Of a stretch of DNA of 64,000 bases, positions 60,345 through 64,000 are shown piece after piece (position 1 is the stretch's first letter; every line of letters starts with the position of its first letter). Both the position numbers and the translations under genes were made by a program. The DNA is taken from the NCBI GenBank assembly GCA_965226495.1, contig OZ245365.1:2656001-2720000 (forward strand). The letters run 5' to 3'. The DNA comes from Candidatus Marinacidobacterales bacterium. GTDB lineage: Bacteria; Acidobacteriota; Vicinamibacteria; Marinacidobacterales; DATDRI01. The notes under the pieces were generated by a model. That model ran no database searches and was not told the DNA's origin. It worked only from the letters and a program-made list of their open reading frames with translations.

Positions 60345-60854
60345 CTAGTGCCTGTTGAAGATGATTCGGGCATGCTTCCACGATCCGTCCGACTGCCGCC
60401 GGAGAATGTCGATGGCCTTCACATGCCATGGAACCGATTCTCCGTTCGCTTTCAAGGTCCGGGTTCCCTTGATCGTACTCCGATGGATCGCCCAATCCCC
60501 AGCCACGATCACCTCCTCGTGTGTCAATTTCAGCTCGAAGTCGGCCCCAGCAAAACGGCGGGCCAGATACTCCCGGAAAAGCTCACGTCCCACCATCGTC
60601 GGCTCGTCGGCGGGTATATAGACAATGTCCTCGACCGCTAGCGCGGCGAGCGCGTCGGCATCACCATCAACCTGCGCCTGGACTGCCGCCTCTCGCACAC
60701 TCTTGATCGCTTCGGTATCTGCATCGAGGGTATTGGGGGCAACTTGCAAAGTGGAGCATCCAAACACGCCGCCACAAGCGAGGACGCGAATGACGCTGAC
60801 TATGGCTCGCTGAACAAAAATCGTCATGACGACTCTCCTAAATAGGCGCCACAC
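60345..60854 (-). CDS. DUF4440/SnoaL-like (NTF2 fold) protein
   Basis: GDADALAAL, VIVAGDWA, ILRRQSDGSWK; start uncertain. Confidence 0.8.
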   Translation of the reverse strand: MWRLFRRVVMTIFVQRAIVSVIRVLACGGVFGCSTLQVAPNTLDADTEAIKSVREAAVQAQVDGDADALAALAVEDIVYIPADEPTMVGRELFREYLARRFAGADFELKLTHEEVIVAGDWAIHRSTIKGTRTLKANGESVPWHVKAIDILRRQSDGSWKHARIIFNRH

Positions 60855-60889
60855 ATGTGAACCTGGAGCTTCCTACTACGCTCCGGCTT

Positions 60890-61276
60890 CTATCCGTTGT
60901 ACAGGTCGAAGCACGTCACGGTTATCGGATGCCTATTGCCCGGCTTTATATTCACACGTCCCGGTGATACAAGCGCGCGCTGGATGGCACGCGCAATCGC
61001 CTTCTTGATCTCTTCTTCCGTCGGGAAGTCGTTTCGCCCTATGGGCTGGGTGTTTGGCGGCGTTGAGTTTCGCTGAGTATCGCTCAGCGACACTCGAAAG
61101 GAATAGCCGCCATCGCGCTTCTCTTCTACGAACCAACTTTCTCCGTCCTGACCTGGGTTGGTTACCTTGGCCCACTGTACTTCTTTCAGCTGTCCGACCT
61201 TCTTGCCAAAAGGCTCATATTGAATTGTCACGGCGTCCTCCCCTCCCGGCCTGGGTTCGACATCCGTTCGACTCAC
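60890..61276 (-). CDS. Hypothetical protein
   Basis: 128-aa ORF with GGAG upstream; no recognised motif. Confidence 0.5.
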   Translation of the reverse strand: MSRTDVEPRPGGEDAVTIQYEPFGKKVGQLKEVQWAKVTNPGQDGESWFVEEKRDGGYSFRVSLSDTQRNSTPPNTQPIGRNDFPTEEEIKKAIARAIQRALVSPGRVNIKPGNRHPITVTCFDLYNG

Positions 61277-61320
61277 GCTCCGTTTTCCCTGTGTAATTCC
61301 TTTTAAGTCATTGAATTAAA

Positions 61321-61396
61321 TGGCGTCCCCAGGGGGAGTCGAACCCCCGTTTTCGCCGTGAAAGGGCGACGTCCTGGGCCACTAGACGATGGGGAC
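61321..61396 (-). tRNA. tRNA-Glu(TTC)
   Basis: GTCCCCATCGTCTAGTGG...CTTTCAC...GGTTCGACTCCCCCTGGGGACGCCA cloverleaf with CCA. Confidence 0.97.
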
Positions 61397-61409
61397 AAAA
61401 GGGGCCAAA

Positions 61410-61485
61410 TGGTGAGCCGTGCCGGGCTCGAACCGGCGACCCTCTGCTTAAAAGGCAGACGCTCTGCCAACTGAGCTAACGGCCC
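61410..61485 (-). tRNA. tRNA-Lys(TTT)
   Basis: GGGCCGTTAGCTCAGTTGG...CTTTTAA...GGTTCGAGCCCGGCACGGCTCACCA. Confidence 0.97.
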
Positions 61486-61531
61486 GGGTCATTCTAGGCC
61501 GTTTGCGGCAGCCGGTCAACGTTTCGTGCCG

Positions 61532-62233
61532 TTACGGGTCCCACTGCTCCTCGAGCCATTTAGCGGCCCGTCGAAGATGTCGCCCGTACTCTGGAACTTG
61601 AAAATGGGTGATTCCCTGGACGACGAGTAGCTTGGCCGGGGCTCCATGCGATTCGAGGGTTTTCACTGCTTCATTCGCGGGGCCGATGGGCACAACTTCG
61701 TCATCCCGGCTGTGGATGACGTACAGAGGCATCTTGTCGAGCATTTCAACGGTCCCCGCAGGCGGTGAGCCGGCGACGACGATAGCGGCAGAGAACACTT
61801 CTGGATGGTGCGCCGCCATATACCAGGCTCCTGCGCCGCCCATACTGAATCCGGTGACCACGATGCGATCCCGATCGATGGCGTAGTTCTGGAGGATGTG
61901 ATCGAGAAGCACCATGACCTCGGTCTCGCTCTTAGGGTTCGCCCAACCCCGATACGGGCAGTCTGGGGCCACGAGGACGGCTCCCAATTTCTCGAGGCCC
62001 GGCTCGACGAGCCGTATTAGGAAATCCTTCCCGTAGAAGGGGGTGACCCGGCCGCCGTAATGAAGGGCCAGAACCAACGGCCGCGGTTGGTCGGGTTCGT
62101 AACCGTCGGGAACCGATACCGTGAATCGTAGGACTCGCGCGTCAGGCCGTTCGAGGGTCCCCTCGTGCAGTCCTGAGCTCTGCGGGAGCTGTGCGCCAAG
62201 CCCCAGGAACAGAGGAAGCACGAGAGAAAGCAA
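61532..62233 (-). CDS. Secreted alpha/beta hydrolase (predicted peptidase/esterase)
   Basis: PLVLALHYGG, GFSMG nucleophile elbow, HSRDDEVV; start uncertain. Confidence 0.8.
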   Translation of the reverse strand: MLSLVLPLFLGLGAQLPQSSGLHEGTLERPDARVLRFTVSVPDGYEPDQPRPLVLALHYGGRVTPFYGKDFLIRLVEPGLEKLGAVLVAPDCPYRGWANPKSETEVMVLLDHILQNYAIDRDRIVVTGFSMGGAGAWYMAAHHPEVFSAAIVVAGSPPAGTVEMLDKMPLYVIHSRDDEVVPIGPANEAVKTLESHGAPAKLLVVQGITHFQVPEYGRHLRRAAKWLEEQWDP

Positions 62234-62253
62234 AGCGAGCGTCTTACGCCGTT

Positions 62254-63597
62254 TTACGCGGTGCCATCCGAAACCGGACTCCCGGCACCGAACCACCGGT
62301 CCACGAGCGGCTCCCCCTTTTCCATGTCGAGAATCGTCGCGTTGCGGTCTGGACCGGTCGAGATCGCACCGATAGGGACTCTGCTTAGCTCCTCGAGGCT
62401 CTCGAGGTACCGGCGGGCGTTGGCTGGAAGATCTCGGAGTCGCGTAGCACCCGCGGTCGGTTCCGCCCATCCCGGCATCGTCCGGTATTCGGGCTCGCAC
62501 TCCTCGAGCATCGAAAGCTCACCCGGAAACTCCTCGACCGGTTCACCGCGGTAGCGATATCGGGTGCAGATCTTTATCTCCTCGAGTCCGTCCAGAACAT
62601 CGAGCTTCGTGATCGCCAGGGCATCGAGGCCGTTCACGCGGTTCGCGTATCGCACCACCACGCTGTCGAACCAACCGCAGCGGCGCGGCCTTCCCGTCGA
62701 GGCACCGAACTCTTCGCCCTTCTGCCGAATGTCCTCTCCGAGCTGGCCCAACATCTCGGTAGGTAACGGTCCCGCGCCGACGCGAGTGATGTAGGCCTTG
62801 GTGATGCCCAGAACGTGATCGATCGCGGTCGGGCCGATACCACTTCCCGTACAAGCCCCGCCCGCCGTCGCATTCGAAGACGTCACGAAAGGATAGGTCC
62901 CATGATCGATGTCGAGCAAAGTGGCCTGCGCACCTTCGAACATAACCGACTGCCCTGCTTGAACCGCTTGGTGGATCAAGCGAGAGGTGTCGGTCACGTG
63001 CGGGAGCGCCGTTTCTGCGAAACGTGTCAACACCGGGAGAATCGATTCCGCGTCGAGGTCCGGCTCGTCACCTTGTGCGGCAATCCAAGCGTTGGTCTCA
63101 CTAATTCGATGTTCCAGCTTTTCGCGGAACGCCTCCGGGTGTCGTAGGTCCCCCACTCGCAAGCCGCGGCGCGCGACCTTGTCCTCGTAGGCGGGTCCGA
63201 TGCCCCGGCAGGTCGTGCCGATGCGCTTATCTCCGAGTTTCTTCTCCGACACCGCTTCCAATCTGCGGTGATAGGGCAATATCAAATGGGCTCGATCAGA
63301 AACAAAGAGATTGTCCCCGACTTCGATACCCAAACCTCGCAACGTCTTTACTTCTTCCAAGAACGCTTCCGGGTCAACCACGCAGCCATTTCCGATCACG
63401 CACTTCACGCCCGGGCGGAGGACGCCGGAAGGCAGCAGGTGCAAAACGAACTGCGTCTTCCCGACGACGACGGTATGGCCGGCGTTATGCCCTCCCCCGA
63501 AGCGGACCACCATCTCGACCCGCTCGGAAAGAAGATCGACGTATTTTCCCTTGCCCTCGTCGCCCCACTGGGTGCCGACGACCACGATATTCGGCAT
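62254..63597 (-). CDS. purA: Adenylosuccinate synthetase
   Basis: QWGDEGKGK, GGHNAGHT, GIGPAYEDK, TGRPRRCGWFD. Confidence 0.97.
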   Translation of the reverse strand: MPNIVVVGTQWGDEGKGKYVDLLSERVEMVVRFGGGHNAGHTVVVGKTQFVLHLLPSGVLRPGVKCVIGNGCVVDPEAFLEEVKTLRGLGIEVGDNLFVSDRAHLILPYHRRLEAVSEKKLGDKRIGTTCRGIGPAYEDKVARRGLRVGDLRHPEAFREKLEHRISETNAWIAAQGDEPDLDAESILPVLTRFAETALPHVTDTSRLIHQAVQAGQSVMFEGAQATLLDIDHGTYPFVTSSNATAGGACTGSGIGPTAIDHVLGITKAYITRVGAGPLPTEMLGQLGEDIRQKGEEFGASTGRPRRCGWFDSVVVRYANRVNGLDALAITKLDVLDGLEEIKICTRYRYRGEPVEEFPGELSMLEECEPEYRTMPGWAEPTAGATRLRDLPANARRYLESLEELSRVPIGAISTGPDRNATILDMEKGEPLVDRWFGAGSPVSDGTA

Positions 63598-63655
63598 CTA
63601 CCCGTTACCTCTATCCAACAGCCTTCAAGTCTAGCAAAACCGGAAATCAAATGCC

Positions 63656-64000
63656 TCAGTCGGCGAGCCCCATCCCCTTCTCCACTTCCTCCGATACCTC
63701 GTTGACCACTTGCCACAGGTGCTCGACGTGCTCCTTCTTCGTCCGCAGATGGGTAATACAAACCCGAAGCGAAAAACGTCCTCCCAAACGGCAGTGTGAC
63801 ATCGCAAGCCCGTCTCGAGTGTTGAGTCGAACCATGATCTCCTCGTTCAATTCGTCGAGGACGGCCCCGGTCGCGGATCGTTCCGGCACGCGTCGGAAAC
63901 AGACGACGCTGGTCATGACCGGTGCAAGGAGCTCGTACCGCGGAGCGGACTCTACCCAGATCGCAAGCTCCTTCGCCAACTGCAGGTGTTCTTCGATCCG
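63656..64000 (-). CDS. PLP-dependent decarboxylase (group II), 3' part
   Basis: ELLAPVMTSVVCFR..LDELNEEIM..SLRVCITHLRT. Confidence 0.75.
   Translation of the reverse strand, partial: RIEEHLQLAKELAIWVESAPRYELLAPVMTSVVCFRRVPERSATGAVLDELNEEIMVRLNTRDGLAMSHCRLGGRFSLRVCITHLRTKKEHVEHLWQVVNEVSEEVEKGMGLAD

Overview
A GC-rich bacterial chromosome segment. The gene repertoire (Ser/Thr kinase-TolB proteins, CadC-TolB-TPR, DUF4388, DUF2911) suggests Acidobacteriota; this is inference. Positions 1-48 kb are mostly housekeeping and envelope genes: a TetR-RND efflux operon, dacB, pncB/pncA, miaE, nfeD-SPFH, hflKC, and convergent valS and ileS. They include a probable selenoprotein (disulfide oxidoreductase with an in-frame UGA in a UxxC motif), an IS256-family element splitting a secreted cupin gene, and several genes broken by internal deletions. 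Positions 48.9-61.5 kb are an accessory zone downstream of a tRNA-Lys/tRNA-Glu pair. It holds repeated copies of the tRNA-Glu 3' end, two related tails reading as integrase-like C-terminal peptides, a head-to-tail array of intact and collapsed Ser/Thr kinase-beta-propeller genes, a DUF222-like/HNH gene with a structured leader, an IS3 element, and a tyrosine-integrase remnant with an attP-like tRNA-Thr fragment. The window ends with purA and part of a PLP decarboxylase. All family calls come from motif recognition by eye, not database searches.
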